A stretch of 64,000 bases of DNA, from NCBI GenBank assembly GCA_963785305.1, contig CAWAUV010000005.1, positions 192,001-256,000 of the forward strand. The letters are read 5' to 3'. The notes below the pieces were generated by a model that saw only the letters and a program-made list of their open reading frames with translations, made no database searches and was not told the DNA's origin. Both the position numbers and the translations under genes were made by a program. Within the stretch, counting starts at the first letter, position 1. Each line of letters opens with the position of its first letter. Below are positions 22,138 through 34,753 of the stretch, one piece after another. The DNA is from an uncultured Planctomycetaceae bacterium. GTDB lineage: Bacteria > Planctomycetota > Planctomycetia > Pirellulales > PALSA-1355.

Positions 22138-22882
22138 ATGGACACTCACACGACCGAAAATGCCGACGTGTGTTCGAAGTGCCGAGTCGATGTCGGACAA
22201 GACCCCGTTCGACTCTGGGACGGCAATATCTACTGCGCGGAGTGCGTGAATCGGGCGCATCCGAAGCTCCGCGACCTTGCCGCGGAGGCGTCGGAGCTGT
22301 CTGAAATTATTCACCTCGACCCGCGAAGTTCTTCGCGCGAACATTCCTTTCGTCGGCTTTTTCGCGGTCATTGTTTGTTTTCTCACTTTCGGGGCTCGCG
22401 ATTTCAGGAATGTTTTAGTCAGCGCGTGGATTCCCGCGTGGATTTTCGTGATCGTGGCGCAATTGTGGTCACAATATCGACGCGCGCATGGTTTCCCGGG
22501 AGTCGCCGCCGTCGAATCGGGGAATGTGATCTTGGCTCGCGATCGGGTTAGGGTGATTTCCGTGCCACTGAGCGAGTGCTGTTGGTACATTGGCAATCCG
22601 CGTCACGCGAAGACATATTTTCAAGCGATCCATGTGAACCGAAGCGTCGTAATCATCCGCTGCCCGTTGCTCCGAACGCGTTTCGGAGCACTGTACGAAC
22701 ATGTGCCCTGCGGATTCACCGACGAGAGTCGCGAGATTTGGGAAGCGTTTTTGGCGCTCTCCGGCGTGCCGTTCAGGGGCGGTTTCTGGGGCTATTTCCC
22801 CAAAGCCGCCTATCGGGCCGGCCGCTGGTTCGGCGGAAAAACGAAATGGATCAGTGCTCCGGCCCTCAAGGGAAAGCAATGA
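22138..22882 (+). CDS. Hypothetical membrane protein with N-terminal CxxC...CxxC (frameshift ~22320)
   Basis: CSKC...LWDGNIYCAEC, then two TM segments in ORF 22277-22882; stop overlaps the sulfatase start (ATGA). Confidence 0.5.
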
Positions 22883-24352
22883 AAACGAAACGACCCTTCG
22901 AAGTATTCATGCTGCTTCCCGCGGTATTCGCGATTTCTCGAATCTGCCTCGCGGCGGAAGCGCCATCGGCGCCGGCGTTCGCGAAGAAGCCCAACGTTAT
23001 TTTGATTCTCGTGGACGACACCGGATACGGCGACCTTTCATGCACCGGCAATCCGATCTTGAAGACACCGAACATCGATCGGCTCCACGACGATGGCGTG
23101 CGCTTTACCGATTTTCATGTGAGCCCGACCTGCGCGCCGACGCGCTCGGCGCTCATGACCGGCCGGCATGAATTCAAGAACGGCGTCACGCACACGATCC
23201 ACGAACGCGAGCGTTTGACCCTTTCGGCGACGACGATCGCCCAGGTGCTTAAATCGGCTGGCTACACCACCGGCATCTTCGGCAAATGGCATCTCGGCGA
23301 TGAAGACGCCTATCAGCCCGAGCGGCGCGGCTTCGACGAGGCGTTTATTCATGGCGGCGGCGGCATCGGGCAGACGTACCCGGGCAGTTGCGGCGACGCG
23401 CCGGGTAATTCCTATTTCAGCCCGTGGATCAAGCACAACGGCGCCTTTGAAAAGACCGACGGCTATTGCACCGATGTCTTTTTCGGTCAGGCGGAAAAAT
23501 GGATCGAAACGGTGAAGGGCGATCGGCCGTTTTTCGCATACATTCCCCTCAATGCCGCTCATGAGCCTCGCCAGGTCCGCGCGGAAGACGAAAGCGCGTT
23601 ATGCCGGAAAAACAGCGTCGAAAATCGCCAAGTTTTACGGCATGATCGCCAACATCGACGACAATGTCGGCAAACTGCTGGCCAAATTAGACGCGTGGAA
23701 GATCGACCAGGACACGCTTGTCGTTTACATGAACGACAACGGCGGTCAGCCCGATGCCTGCAAGCTTTACAACGCCGGGATGCGCGGCGGCAAGGGCACG
23801 GCGTTCAACGGCGGCACGCGCGCGGTGTCGTTGTGGCGCTGGCCGGGCACGCTGAAGCCCGCGAGCGTGGATAAACTCACGGCCCATGTCGACGTGTTCC
23901 CGACCCTGGCGGAACTGGCCGGGGTGACGATGCCAGAAGACAAATTGCGCGACGGCGTCAGCCTCGTGCCGCTGTTGAAAGATACTGGGCATGATTGGCC
24001 CGACCGGTATCTCGTGACGCATGTCGGCCGCTGGCCCACGGGCGCCAAGCCGGAAAAGTTCGGCGAGCCCGGCGGGCGTTGGTCCGCGGCAAACATGTGC
24101 GGCGTGCGCTGGCGGGAGTGGAACATGGTTCGCGCGGAAAAAGGCTGGGAGCTCTTCGATCTCGCGAGGGACCCCGGCGAGCACCGAAATGTCGCCAGCG
24201 AGCATCCGGAGATTGTGTCGCGGCTCGATAAGCACTTTGATGATTGGTGGCGGGAGGTCGGGCCCTGCCTCGTGAACGAAGAAGCTTACAAGACAGCGCC
24301 GGAGGTCAATCCCTTCAAGGCGGAGTTCACGAAGCAGATGTCTAAGCAATGA
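22879..24352 (+). CDS. Arylsulfatase (Cys-type, secreted; frameshift ~23595)
   Basis: KPNVILILVDDTGYGD, CAPTRSALMTG (CxPxR), GKWHLG, NDNGG, MRGGKG. Confidence 0.92.
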
Positions 24353-24671
24353 GGCGCACGTTGGCAGTCTGCTGGAATATTCAACATTTAACAGGCAGTC
24401 AGGCCCGTTTGGCGAAGCCGCGGCCGGCAGGGCATTTTGCTTCAGCCCCCGCCCCCCCCACCGATGGGCGGAGAGGCAGGTCATTGACAGCCAATGGCCG
24501 AGTTTTACAATAGTTCGTTTCCCTCGAACTGGCGCGGCCGTGGGGCCGTGGGGCGCGACGCCTTAAGGCTCGGGGGACCTATGGACCGCCGCCGCGCCGC
24601 GAGCGAGCCTGCCCTAGGGTGGCGGTGCGCGGGCTGTCTCGCGCGGTTGATGTTTTTCTGGAGAGCGCCCG

Positions 24672-25551
24672 TTGCTGACGCCCACCGAGAAAGCCGATGT
24701 GCTGATCGAAGCCCTCGGCTGGATCCGCCATTTCCGCGGTAAGATCACCGTGATCAAACTCGGCGGCAGCGTGATGGAAGACGAAAACGCGCTGCGGCAT
24801 CTGCTGCTCGACGTGGTGTTCATGGAAACCGTCGGCATGCGGCCGGTGCTGGTCCACGGCGGCGGCAAGGCGATCAACAAGGCAATGGACGCCGCCGGAA
24901 TCGAGCCGCGCTTTATCCAAGGTCGCCGCTACACCGACGCCGCCACGCTCGAAATCGTCGAACGCGTGCTCGCCTGCGAAACCAATGAATTCTTGGCCCG
25001 GCGGATCGAAGAGTTCGGCGGCCGGAGCGCCGCGCCTCAATTTTCGCACGACCAACGTGCTCTTCGGCGAACGCTTGAAAATCAACGACGACCGTGGCCA
25101 GCCGGTCGATCTCGGCGCGGTCGGCGTCGTGACGCGGGTCGACCACGATGTGATCGAAAAGCTCACGATCGCGGGCGTCGTGCCGGTGATTCCCTCGATG
25201 TGCCGCGGCGCCGATGGCGAGAAGCTAAATGTCAACGCCGACACGGCCGCCAACTATGTCGCGCAGGCGATGGGCGCCGAAAAGCTCCTGTTCCTCAGCG
25301 ATGTCAACGGAGTGCGCCGCGAGAAAAACGACCCGAATTCGCTCATTGCCTCGCTCACCGCTTCCCAAGCGCGCGAGCTGATTCGCGCCGGCGTGGTCGA
25401 CTCCGGCATGATCCCCAAAGTGGAAGCCTGCCTCGAAATTCTCGAAAAAGGCGTCCGCCAAGTGCATATAATCGACGGCAGATTGCGACACTCGCTACTT
25501 CTGGAAATTTACACCACCAAGGGCGTGGGCACCGAATTGGTTCGCGGCTAA
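24672..25551 (+). CDS. argB: Acetylglutamate kinase (frameshift ~25030)
   Basis: [53 protein letters not shown]. Confidence 0.95.
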
Positions 25552-25671
25552 GGTCGATTGCTCGGCCGGCCGCGGTGGCCTCCGAGCGCGCGACCGCGGA
25601 GATCGGCCCGCCGGACGCACCTGCTCGCCCACCCGACCGCCAGCGGTTCGATAACTCTCAAGGAGCAAGTC

Positions 25672-26874
25672 ATGGCGACGGCTCAATCACTCAGTTCCGC
25701 CGAGACGATCGAACTTTTCGATCGCTACGTGGTTCCCAACTATCGTCGCTTCCCAATCGCGATCGCTCGCGGCGAGGGTTCGCATGTGTGGGACAACGAA
25801 GGCCGCCGCTATCTCGACTTCTTCCCCGGCTGGGGATGCAACTTGCTGGGCCACTGTCCCGAGCCGGTGGTGCGCGCGGTTCAAGAACAGGTCGCCACGC
25901 TGATCCATGTGCCCAACACCTGGTACACCGAAGCCCAAGGCCGCTGGGCCCAAGCGCTCAGCGAGCGGAGCTTTGGCGGACAAGCGTTCTTTTGCAACTC
26001 GGGCGCCGAGGCCAATGAGGCGGCAATCAAGCTCGCGCGGCTGCATGCCCCCAAGCCGCGCTACAAGATCATCACCTTCACCGGCGGGTTCCACGGCCGC
26101 ACGCTCGGCGCCACCGCCGCCACGGCCCAGCCCAAATATCACGAAGGGCTCGGCCCGCTCGTGGCGGGGTTTGTTTATGCGCCTTTCGGCGATCTGGAGG
26201 CGGTGCGCGCGCTGATCGACGACGAAACCGCCGCGATTCTCGTCGAGCCGATTCAGGGCGAGGGTGGCGTGGTGATTCCGCCGCCCGGTTTTCTCGAAGG
26301 GCTTCGCGCCCTGGCCGATGAACATGGCCTGCTCTTGATGTTCGACGAGGTGCAAACCGGCTGCGGCCGCACCGGCGAATGGTTCGCCTATCAACAAGCG
26401 GGCGTTGTGCCCGATGTGATGACGCTGGCGAAGGCGGTGTGCGGCGGCGTGGCGGGAGGCGCGCTGCTCACGACGGCCGAGATTGCCCCCAGCCTTCGGC
26501 CCGGCATGCATGCTTGCACCTTCGGCGGCAATCCGATCGCCGCCCGGGCCGGCATCGCCACGATCGAAATGATCGAGCAAGAGAATCTGCTCGCGCACAC
26601 GCTGCGCCTGGGCGAGCTGTTCGAGGAGCGGCTCACGGCCCTGGCCGACGAGTGCCCGCTGGTGCAAGAAGTGCGCGTGCGAGGGGTGATGATCGGAGTC
26701 GAGCTATCGATCGATGGAGCGCCGGTGGTGCAAGGTTGCCTCGACCGCGGACTCTTGATCAACTGCACCCATGTCACGGTGCTGCGGCTGCTGCCGGCGA
26801 TGAATCTTTCGGAAGATCAGTTGCACGAGGGTTGCGATATCCTCGGCGACGTGCTCAAGAAACAAACGCCATGA
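25672..26874 (+). CDS. argD: Acetylornithine aminotransferase
   Basis: [52 protein letters not shown]; between argB and argF. Confidence 0.95.
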   Translation: MATAQSLSSAETIELFDRYVVPNYRRFPIAIARGEGSHVWDNEGRRYLDFFPGWGCNLLGHCPEPVVRAVQEQVATLIHVPNTWYTEAQGRWAQALSERSFGGQAFFCNSGAEANEAAIKLARLHAPKPRYKIITFTGGFHGRTLGATAATAQPKYHEGLGPLVAGFVYAPFGDLEAVRALIDDETAAILVEPIQGEGGVVIPPPGFLEGLRALADEHGLLLMFDEVQTGCGRTGEWFAYQQAGVVPDVMTLAKAVCGGVAGGALLTTAEIAPSLRPGMHACTFGGNPIAARAGIATIEMIEQENLLAHTLRLGELFEERLTALADECPLVQEVRVRGVMIGVELSIDGAPVVQGCLDRGLLINCTHVTVLRLLPAMNLSEDQLHEGCDILGDVLKKQTP

Positions 26875-26965
26875 CCGCCGGCCGATACGATCTGAATATC
26901 CGTTTTTCCGTTTGGCCGACTCGGTTCCGCGCCGAAGGCCGCCAGCCAACGACGAGTCTCTCGCG

Positions 26966-27883
26966 ATGCGCAGCCTTCTGACCGTGGCCGATCTCACGAC
27001 GGCCGAAATCGAACGCATCTTCGCCATCACCGCCGATCTCAAGGCGAAAACGGCCCGCGGACTGCGCGAGCCGCTGTTGCCCGGCCGAGTCATGGCGATG
27101 CTTTTCGAAAAGCCCTCGTTGCGCACGCGCGTGAGCTTCGAGGCGGGCATGATCCATTTGGGAGGAAGCTCGCTGTTTTTGGGCAACGATGTAGGCTTCA
27201 AGTCGCGAGAAAGCAAGGCAGATTTTGCCCGAGTGCTCAGCCAATACGCCGATGTGATCGTGTTGCGAACCTTCAAGCACGAAACCGCGATCGAAGTGGC
27301 CCGGCATAGCTCGTGCTCCGTGATCAATGGCCTGACCGACTATGCCCATCCCTGCCAGGCGCTGGCCGACCTCTACACCTTGAAAGAGCTCGTCGGGCGG
27401 CTCAAAGGCCTGACGCTCGCTTATGTGGGCGATGGCAACAATGTGGCCCGGAGCTTGGCCGAATGTTGCGGACGGATCGGCATGCGATTCGTCATGGCGG
27501 CGCCGGAGAAATATCGGTTCGACGACGCTTTTCTCGCCTCGCTCGAGCGCCATGCGCCCGACCTGGATCTCGTTGTCACCGACGATCCGCGCGAAGCGGT
27601 GCGCGACGCGGTGGCGATCTACACCGATGTCTGGACCAGCATGGGCCAAGAGGCCGAGAGCGAGCGCCGCCGCCGCGAGCTGGCCGATTATCAAGTCAAC
27701 GCCACGCTGATGGCCGCGGCGCCGGCCGGCGCCTACTTCATGCACTGTTTGCCGGCTCACCGCGGCGAGGAAGTGACCGACGAAGTGATCGATGGGCCGG
27801 CCAGTGTCGTGGTACAGCAAGCGGGCAATCGGCTGCATGTGCAGAAGGGTATTCTCGCGTGGCTCTTGGCCGCCCAGGCTTGA
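26966..27883 (+). CDS. argF: Ornithine carbamoyltransferase
   Basis: FEKPSLRTRVSFE, HPCQALAD, GDGNNVA, DVWTSMGQE, MHCLPAHRGEEVT. Confidence 0.97.
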   Translation: MRSLLTVADLTTAEIERIFAITADLKAKTARGLREPLLPGRVMAMLFEKPSLRTRVSFEAGMIHLGGSSLFLGNDVGFKSRESKADFARVLSQYADVIVLRTFKHETAIEVARHSSCSVINGLTDYAHPCQALADLYTLKELVGRLKGLTLAYVGDGNNVARSLAECCGRIGMRFVMAAPEKYRFDDAFLASLERHAPDLDLVVTDDPREAVRDAVAIYTDVWTSMGQEAESERRRRELADYQVNATLMAAAPAGAYFMHCLPAHRGEEVTDEVIDGPASVVVQQAGNRLHVQKGILAWLLAAQA

Positions 27884-27954
27884 TCTCGCGCCGACGCCAA
27901 AAGCCGATGAACGCGAGGGTTTGTCGCACGAATGTTTCGCGCGGGGGGGGCGGC

Positions 27955-28712
27955 ATGAAGACCATCGTCTGCGCCGACGCTGTTGACATGGGCCGGCAAG
28001 CCGCCCGGAGAGCCGCCGCGTATATTCGCGCCGCTCTCGAGGAGCGCGCGCCGCGCGCATCATTCTCGCCACCGGCGCGTCGCAGTTCACGGTGCTTTCG
28101 GCCTTGACCCATGAACCCGATATCGCGTGGCCCCGAGTCGAGCTATTTCATCTCGACGAATACATTGGTCTGGCCCCGGATCATCCCGCGTCGTTTCGGC
28201 GTTATTTGCGCGAGCGGTTCGTCGACCGCGTGCCGGTCGGTGTATTTCACGCGATCGACGGTCAAACGGATGTCGAGACCGAATGCCGCCGCTTGGCGGC
28301 GCTCATCGCCCAACATCCGATCGATGTGGCCCTGGTCGGCATCGGCGAAAACTGCCATCTGGCGTTTAACGATCCGCCGGCCGACTTCGACACGCAAGCG
28401 CCTTTCCTGCGAGTTGCGCTCGACGACGCTTGCCGCCGGCAGCAGTGGAGCGAAGGCTGGTTCGTCACGCTCGACGATGTGCCGCGCGAGGCGATCACGA
28501 TGTCGATCGCGCAAATCATGAAGGCCCGGGCCATCGTGTGTAGCGTGCCCGAAGAGCGGAAGGCGGAGGCGGTGCGAGCGGCGGTCGAAGGTCCGATCTC
28601 GCCCGAGGCGCCGGCCTCGATCTTGCAGCGCCCTGGGGATGTCGCCCTGTTTCTCGATCCCGCCGCCGCGTCGCGATTGTCGCCCGCGTCGCGAGGGTCG
28701 GTAGCCTCTTGA
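27955..28712 (+). CDS. nagB: Glucosamine-6-phosphate deaminase-like protein (frameshift ~28050)
   Basis: [46 protein letters not shown]. Confidence 0.88.
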
Positions 28713-28724
28713 AGTTGGCGCGCC

Positions 28725-29735
28725 ATGTCGATCCCCATCGAGCCGCCGTCGACCAACGATCTCGCCCCCGGACGCTTTGTCGACTTGCAACTCAACGGCT
28801 ACGCGGGCGTCGATTTTAATTCCGATGGTTTGTCGCCCGAGGCGTTGCACGCGGCGTGCCGTCGTTTGGCGGCCGATGGCGTGGCGGGGGCATTGGCCAC
28901 GATCATCTCGGCGTCCCTCGGGTCGATGCAATCGCGACTCGAGCGCCTCGCCTCGCTTCGCGCGGCCGATCCGCTGGCGCGCGAGCGCATTTGGGGCATT
29001 CATATCGAAGGCCCCTTCTTGAACGAACAACCGGGCTTCGTCGGCGCCCACCCGCGGGATGCCATTCGCCCGGCCTCGCTCGACACCATCGCTCGGCTGC
29101 TCGACGCCGCCGGGGGGCTTACGAGAATCGTTACCCTCGCGCCCGAACGCGATCCGGGCCTGCTGGTGACGCGCAGGTTGGTGGCGGAGAATATCGTCGT
29201 GGCGGCGGGCCACACCGACGCCTCGCTCGACGAGCTTCGCGCCGCGATCGACGCCGGGCTGCGTATGTTCACGCACCTGGGCAATGGCTGCCCGCTGGTC
29301 GTGCATCGCCACGACAACATCATCAATCGCGTGCTGTCGCTGCGTTCCTCGCTGATGATCTCGTTGATCGCCGATGGCGTGCATGTGCCGCCCTTTGCCC
29401 TGGCCAATTACCTGCGGCTCGCGGGACCCGAGCGGGCGATCGTCGTGACCGACGCGATCGCGGCCGCGGGGCTCGGGCCGGGCCGCTACACACTGGGCGA
29501 ACAAACAGTCGACGTGGGCAACGATCTCGTTTGCCGATCGACCGACCCGGTCGAGCAGGCACATTTCGTCGGCTCGGCGGCCACGATGCCGCGCATGGAA
29601 GCGCTGCTCCGCAATTCGCTCGCGATGGACGCGGCCACGATTCGCCGGCTCACGTGGGACAATCCGCGAGCGATGCTGGGAATCGCGCCGGCGGACGCCG
29701 TAAATGGCGATCCTGCCCCGGCGGGGATCGACTAA
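28725..29735 (+). CDS. nagA: N-acetylglucosamine-6-phosphate deacetylase
   Basis: [46 protein letters not shown]. Confidence 0.9.
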   Translation: MSIPIEPPSTNDLAPGRFVDLQLNGYAGVDFNSDGLSPEALHAACRRLAADGVAGALATIISASLGSMQSRLERLASLRAADPLARERIWGIHIEGPFLNEQPGFVGAHPRDAIRPASLDTIARLLDAAGGLTRIVTLAPERDPGLLVTRRLVAENIVVAAGHTDASLDELRAAIDAGLRMFTHLGNGCPLVVHRHDNIINRVLSLRSSLMISLIADGVHVPPFALANYLRLAGPERAIVVTDAIAAAGLGPGRYTLGEQTVDVGNDLVCRSTDPVEQAHFVGSAATMPRMEALLRNSLAMDAATIRRLTWDNPRAMLGIAPADAVNGDPAPAGID

Positions 29736-29821
29736 CCTCGCGGGGCGGCCTTCGCTACAATGCTTGTTTCTCTTGCGGCGCTTCTGGCGCTGGCCCTGTC
29801 GTGTATTGGGAGTTTTCCGTT

Positions 29822-31958
29822 TTGAATTCGCGTCAGATTCTCGTCACCGCCGCGTTGCCCTATGCCAATGGCCATATCCACATCGGCCACTTGGTGGAAT
29901 ATATCCAAACCGATATTTGGGTGCGCTTTCAGAAACTGCGCGGCCATCGTTGCGTGTTTGTCTGCGCCGACGACACCCACGGCACGGCAATCATGGTGCG
30001 GGCCCGGCAGGAAGGCCGTCCCGAGGAAGCGATCATCGCCGATATGCGCGAAAGCCATCTGCGCGATTTCGCGGGCTTCGATGTCGAGTTCGACAACTAC
30101 GGCAGCACCAATAGTCCCGCGAATCGCGAGCTGTGCCACGAGTTTTGGCGGGCCCTGCGCCAGGGGTCTCGTGAGCCAGCGGCCCGTGGCCCAACTATTC
30201 GATCCCGTGGCCGGAACATTTTTGGCCGATCGGTTCGTGCGGGGAACATGTCCCAATCCCGAGTGCCGGGCGCCGAATCAATATGGCGATAGCTGCGATG
30301 TGTGCGGCCACACCCATGGCCCCGCGGAATTGATCGACCCCAAGAGCACGCTCACCGGCGCGACGCCCGAGGTGCGTTCGGCCGAGCATCAGTTCGTGGA
30401 GATCGAGACGCTGCACGATTTTCTCACCCAGTGGACGCAAAGCGGCAAGCATCTCCAAAGCGAAGTGGCCAACTATGTGCGCGGGCACTTTCTCGGCCAA
30501 GAGCTTCGCGCTTGGGATGTCTCGCGACCGGCGCCCTATTTCGGCTTCGAGATTCCCGACAGCCCGGGCGACTACTGGTATGTGTGGTTCAACGCGCCGA
30601 TCGGTTACATCGCCTCGACGCGCGAGTGGTGCGATCGGCAAGGCGAGCGGCTCGAGTCGTGGTGGCGCAATCCCGACTGCGAGATTCACCACTTCATCGG
30701 CAAGGATATCACGTATTTTCACACGCTCTTCTGGCCGGCGATGCTCAAGGCGGCGGATTTCAACCTGCCGACCTTCGTGCATATCCACGGCTTCCTCACG
30801 GTCGACGGCATGAAGATGTCGAAGACCAAAGGCACGTTTATTCGCGCCGCGGCTTATTTGCGCCACTTGAACCCGGCCTATTTGCGGTATTACTACGCCT
30901 CGAAACTCAGCTCGCGCGTCGACGATCTCGACTTGCAGCTCGACGAACTCGTGGTCAAGGTCAACTCCGATCTGGTCGGCAAAGTGGTCAATCTGGCCAG
31001 CCGCACGGCGAAGTTCGTGCGCGAGTCGGGGCTCGTCGCGAAGTATCCCGACGATGGCGGGCTCTTTGCCCAGGGCGCCGCCGAAGGCGAGGCGATCGCC
31101 GCCGCCTATGAAGCCTGCGACTACGGCAAGGCAATGCGGCTGGTGATGGGCCTTTGCGATCGGGCCAACCAATTCGTGGCCGACGCCGCGCCGTGGGATC
31201 TCAAGAAAGACCCCGCGCGGGCCGCCGACATTCAAGACATTTGCACGATCGCGCTGAACCTGTTTCGCCAGGTGGTGGTCTACCTCTCGCCGGTGCTACC
31301 GAGCTTGCGGCGCCAGACCGACGAGCTCTTCGGCCGGCCGATCGCTCATTGGCGCGATAGCCAGCAGCCGCTCACCGGCGGCGAGATTCATCCTTTTACC
31401 CACATGCTCAAACGGGTCGAGCCGGCGGAGGTCGCGGCCCTGATTGAAGCGAGTCGAGAAACCGCGGAGGATATCGTGAACACAACGCCCGAGAATGCAG
31501 CTTCGAGCCCCACCAGCAATACCGACACGAGCAATACCGACACGAGCAATACCGACGCCAGCGCCGGCGAGAATGAAAAGCCGGCGATCGATGGGCCGGA
31601 GACGCTCGCCGCCGAGCCGCTGGTGGCCGAGAAGATCGGCATCGATGACTTTACGAAGGTCGACTTGCGCATGGCGCGGGTCGTGGCGGCCGAAGAGGTG
31701 CCCAAGGCCAAGAAGCTGGTCAAGCTCACGCTCAGCCTGGGCGGCGACGAACGGCGAACCGTGTTTGCCGGCATCAAAAGCGCCTACGAACCGGCCAAGC
31801 TGGTCGGCCGCTTGGTGGTGTGCGTGGCCAATCTCGCGCCGCGTCAGATGACATTTGGCCTGAGCGAAGGCATGGTGGTGGCGGCCGGCGCCGGCGGCCA
31901 AGACATCTTCCTCCTCTCCCCCGACGAAGGCGCCAAACCCGGCCACCGGGTTCATTGA
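29822..31958 (+). CDS. metG: Methionine--tRNA ligase with C-terminal tRNA-binding domain (frameshift ~30168)
   Basis: [22 protein letters not shown], Zn knuckle CPNPEC...[29 protein letters not shown]...ANLAPR. Confidence 0.97.
31515..31559 (+). repeat. In-frame 15-bp tandem repeat x3 (SNTDT) in the metG linker
   Basis: AGCAATACCGACACG x2 + AGCAATACCGACGCC. Confidence 0.9.
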
Positions 31959-32159
31959 TCGCCCACCGGTTCGAGCGAGCCTTTCCCGCGCCGTGATCCT
32001 TCGCTGACCATTGTGCAAGCATCCAATGAATCCGCGGGAATGCCTTGGCGACGGATCGCGCCTCGCCAGTTTTGATTTCACTTGAACGCCTTGCTTGTAG
32101 CTGTATGCTGGAGGGGTTCGTCGGCAGCGACTTCTCCAATGGTCGGGTTACAAGGTTCC

Positions 32160-32816
32160 ATGGACGACTATCAGCCGACTTCTCGCCGGCCCATAGCCAA
32201 TGCTTTTCGCATGACGGCCAATGGGGCAGTTCGCTTTTGCGTTCGCCTCGGCATTCATCCCGACGCGGTGTCTTATGGTTCGTTGGTTGCCTCGGCCATC
32301 GCGGCGGTCTGTTTTTGGTGGGCTGGGCATTGGCATGCGCTGCTCATTCCCGCGGTGCTGCTTTGCTACGTTCGCTTGTGGCTGAACATGCTCGATGGCA
32401 TGGTGGCTCTGGCCTCGAACAAGGCGAGCCTGCGCGGCGAGCTGCTCAATGAGCTGCCCGATCGGATTTCCGACGTGATTGTTTTTGCCGGCGTTGCTCA
32501 AAGCGGGCTTTGCAGCCCGGTAAGCGGCTATTGGGCTGCAATCTTCGCGGTGCTGACGGCTTATGTAGGAACATTTGGCCAAGCCTTGGGCGTAGGGCGG
32601 CAGTTCGGCGGCGTCATGGCCAAGCCTTGGCGGATGGTCGTCTTGAATATCGGCGCCTGGCTCACGCTGGGGCTCCTTGGGACAGGTCGATCCATCGAAC
32701 TGGGGTCACTCACCGTGCTAGATTGTAGCAATCTGGTCGTAGTTGTCGGCTGCATCGAAACGATTGCCGTCCGACTGGCCAATATTTTGCGCGGGCTGGC
32801 CGCAAAACAAACGTAG
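32160..32816 (+). CDS. ynbA: CDP-alcohol phosphatidyltransferase (YnbA-like)
   Basis: NMLDGMVA...GELLNELPDRISD signature; GVMAKPWR; multiple TMs. Confidence 0.85.
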   Translation: MDDYQPTSRRPIANAFRMTANGAVRFCVRLGIHPDAVSYGSLVASAIAAVCFWWAGHWHALLIPAVLLCYVRLWLNMLDGMVALASNKASLRGELLNELPDRISDVIVFAGVAQSGLCSPVSGYWAAIFAVLTAYVGTFGQALGVGRQFGGVMAKPWRMVVLNIGAWLTLGLLGTGRSIELGSLTVLDCSNLVVVVGCIETIAVRLANILRGLAAKQT

Positions 32817-32930
32817 CGGCATCTCCTGTCGCGGAATCGCATATCTAACGCTCTTACCGGCATCTCCGCATCGTCCACGGACCAACTCTCGCGGCGCGGC
32901 GCTGGTCGGGAACAAATCGGAAAGCAGTTC

Positions 32931-33878
32931 ATGTCTCCGGGCGCGGCATTATCCAGCGATGTGTTTCGCATCTATGCGACGGTTTTGCTCGGGATGGTAA
33001 TTGGCGTCGGACTGTTGCTCGCCGTGCTTGGGTGGGGGCTGCGGCGCGATGTGAGCCACGCTTGGCAGTCGTACTCGTCCTGGTTGGTGATGATACCGCT
33101 AACGCTGCTCGGCATCTTCGCGGGTCGCGTTCCGTGGATCGTGCTTGTGTCGCTTCTGGCGGTCTTCGCCTTTAACGAATACGCTCGCGCGACCGGCTTG
33201 GGCCGGGATTGGTTTATGAGTGGCGTGGTCTATCTGGGCATCGGCGTTACGGGAGTGGTTTCCGCGGTGTACGACCCGGGCCTGCACGTTCCGGGGTGGT
33301 ATGGATTGTTCGCGATCTTGCCGGTCTATGTGATCGCCGCGATCTTGTTGGTCCCGATTCTACGGAACCGTAGCGAGGGTGCGCTTCAAGATATCGCCCT
33401 CGCGATCCTTGGGTTCCTCTACATCGGTTGGATGTTCATGCACTTGGCGTTTCTGGCCAATGCCAAGGACGCCTACGGCTACTTGCTCTACCTGATCTTC
33501 GCCGTCGAAATCAACGATATTGCCGCTTACACCTTCGGTAAACTCTTTGGCCGCCATCCGCTGCGCGGCAACATCAGCCCCAAGAAGACATGGGAAGGCG
33601 CGATCGGGGCCCTGGCGGTGTCGATCGCGTTGCCTTCGGCGCTTCAGTTTTCGTTTCCGCAGTTCGGCGCCGCGGAATTGGTTCTCACCGGGCTGATCGT
33701 GGGCGTCAGTGGTCAACTCGGCGACCTTTCGATGAGTGTGATCAAGCGCGACTTGGGCATCAAAGACATGGGATCGCTGATCCGTGGACATGGCGGCATC
33801 CTCGACCGCATCGACAGTCTAATCTACGTGACCCCGTTGTTCTTTCACATGGTTCGTTGGTTCCACGATCTTTATTAG
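32931..33878 (+). CDS. ynbB: Phosphatidate cytidylyltransferase (YnbB/CdsA family)
   Basis: NDIAAYTFGKLFG, ISPKKTWEG, GDLSMSVIKRDLGIKDMGSLIRGHGGILDRIDS. Confidence 0.9.
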   Translation: MSPGAALSSDVFRIYATVLLGMVIGVGLLLAVLGWGLRRDVSHAWQSYSSWLVMIPLTLLGIFAGRVPWIVLVSLLAVFAFNEYARATGLGRDWFMSGVVYLGIGVTGVVSAVYDPGLHVPGWYGLFAILPVYVIAAILLVPILRNRSEGALQDIALAILGFLYIGWMFMHLAFLANAKDAYGYLLYLIFAVEINDIAAYTFGKLFGRHPLRGNISPKKTWEGAIGALAVSIALPSALQFSFPQFGAAELVLTGLIVGVSGQLGDLSMSVIKRDLGIKDMGSLIRGHGGILDRIDSLIYVTPLFFHMVRWFHDLY

Positions 33879-34753
33879 AACGGCCGGCCGCGTGGCCGAA
33901 TTGCTGGAAGGAATAGTCTCATGAAAGAAGCGCAAGCCGCATCGCCCGATACTCGCGGCGAGTTCGTCGCGGCGGAGCATGCCATGAAGCTGCCCGATGG
34001 CGTCGAACTCTTCTATCGGGCTTGGTTGCCCGCGGCGCCGACCGACAAGGCATTAGTCATCTTTCACCGAGGTCATGAACACTCGGGGCGCGTCCAAGAC
34101 ATCGTCGAAGCGCTCGACCTCGGCGACGTAGCCGTATTCGCGTGGGATGCCCGAGGCCATGGTCGCACGCCAGGAGAGCGTGGCTACGCGCCAAGTTTCG
34201 CCGCGCTTGTGAGCGACATGGACTGCTTCGTCCGCCATGTTTGCGAAACATACGGCAAGCAGCGTGAGAACATCGTAGTGCTGGCGCAGAGCGTGGGCGC
34301 GGTGACCGCCGCCACTTGGGTTCACGACTACGCGCCGAGATTCGCGCGATGATCCTGGCCGCGCCGGCGTTTAAGATCAAACTCTATGTTCCGTTGGCGA
34401 CGTCTGGGCTGAGGCTCTTGCTCAAGTTGCGCAAGAATCGCAAGACATTCATCAAGAGCTACGTCAAATCCAAGATGTTGACTCACGACCCGGAGCAAGC
34501 CCGGCGTTATGACGAGGATTCCCTCATCGCCCGGGCGATTGCCGCGAATGTTCTCGTCGATCTCCGCGACACGTCGGCGCGGCTTATCGACGATGCGGGC
34601 GCCATTCGTACACCGACTCTGCTTTTGGCCGCCGGCGCAGGATTGGGTGGTCGGGCTCGGCCCGCAACGAGCGTTTTTCGAGCGTCTTGGCGCCTCCTTC
34701 AAGCGGATGAAGGTTTTTCCCGGGATGTACCATGATTTGCTGCATGAAAAAGA

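Noticed and set aside
29822..31958. Programmed frameshift or pseudogenisation of metG (likewise nadE, argB)
   Set aside because: Essential genes and window-wide indels point to sequencing error
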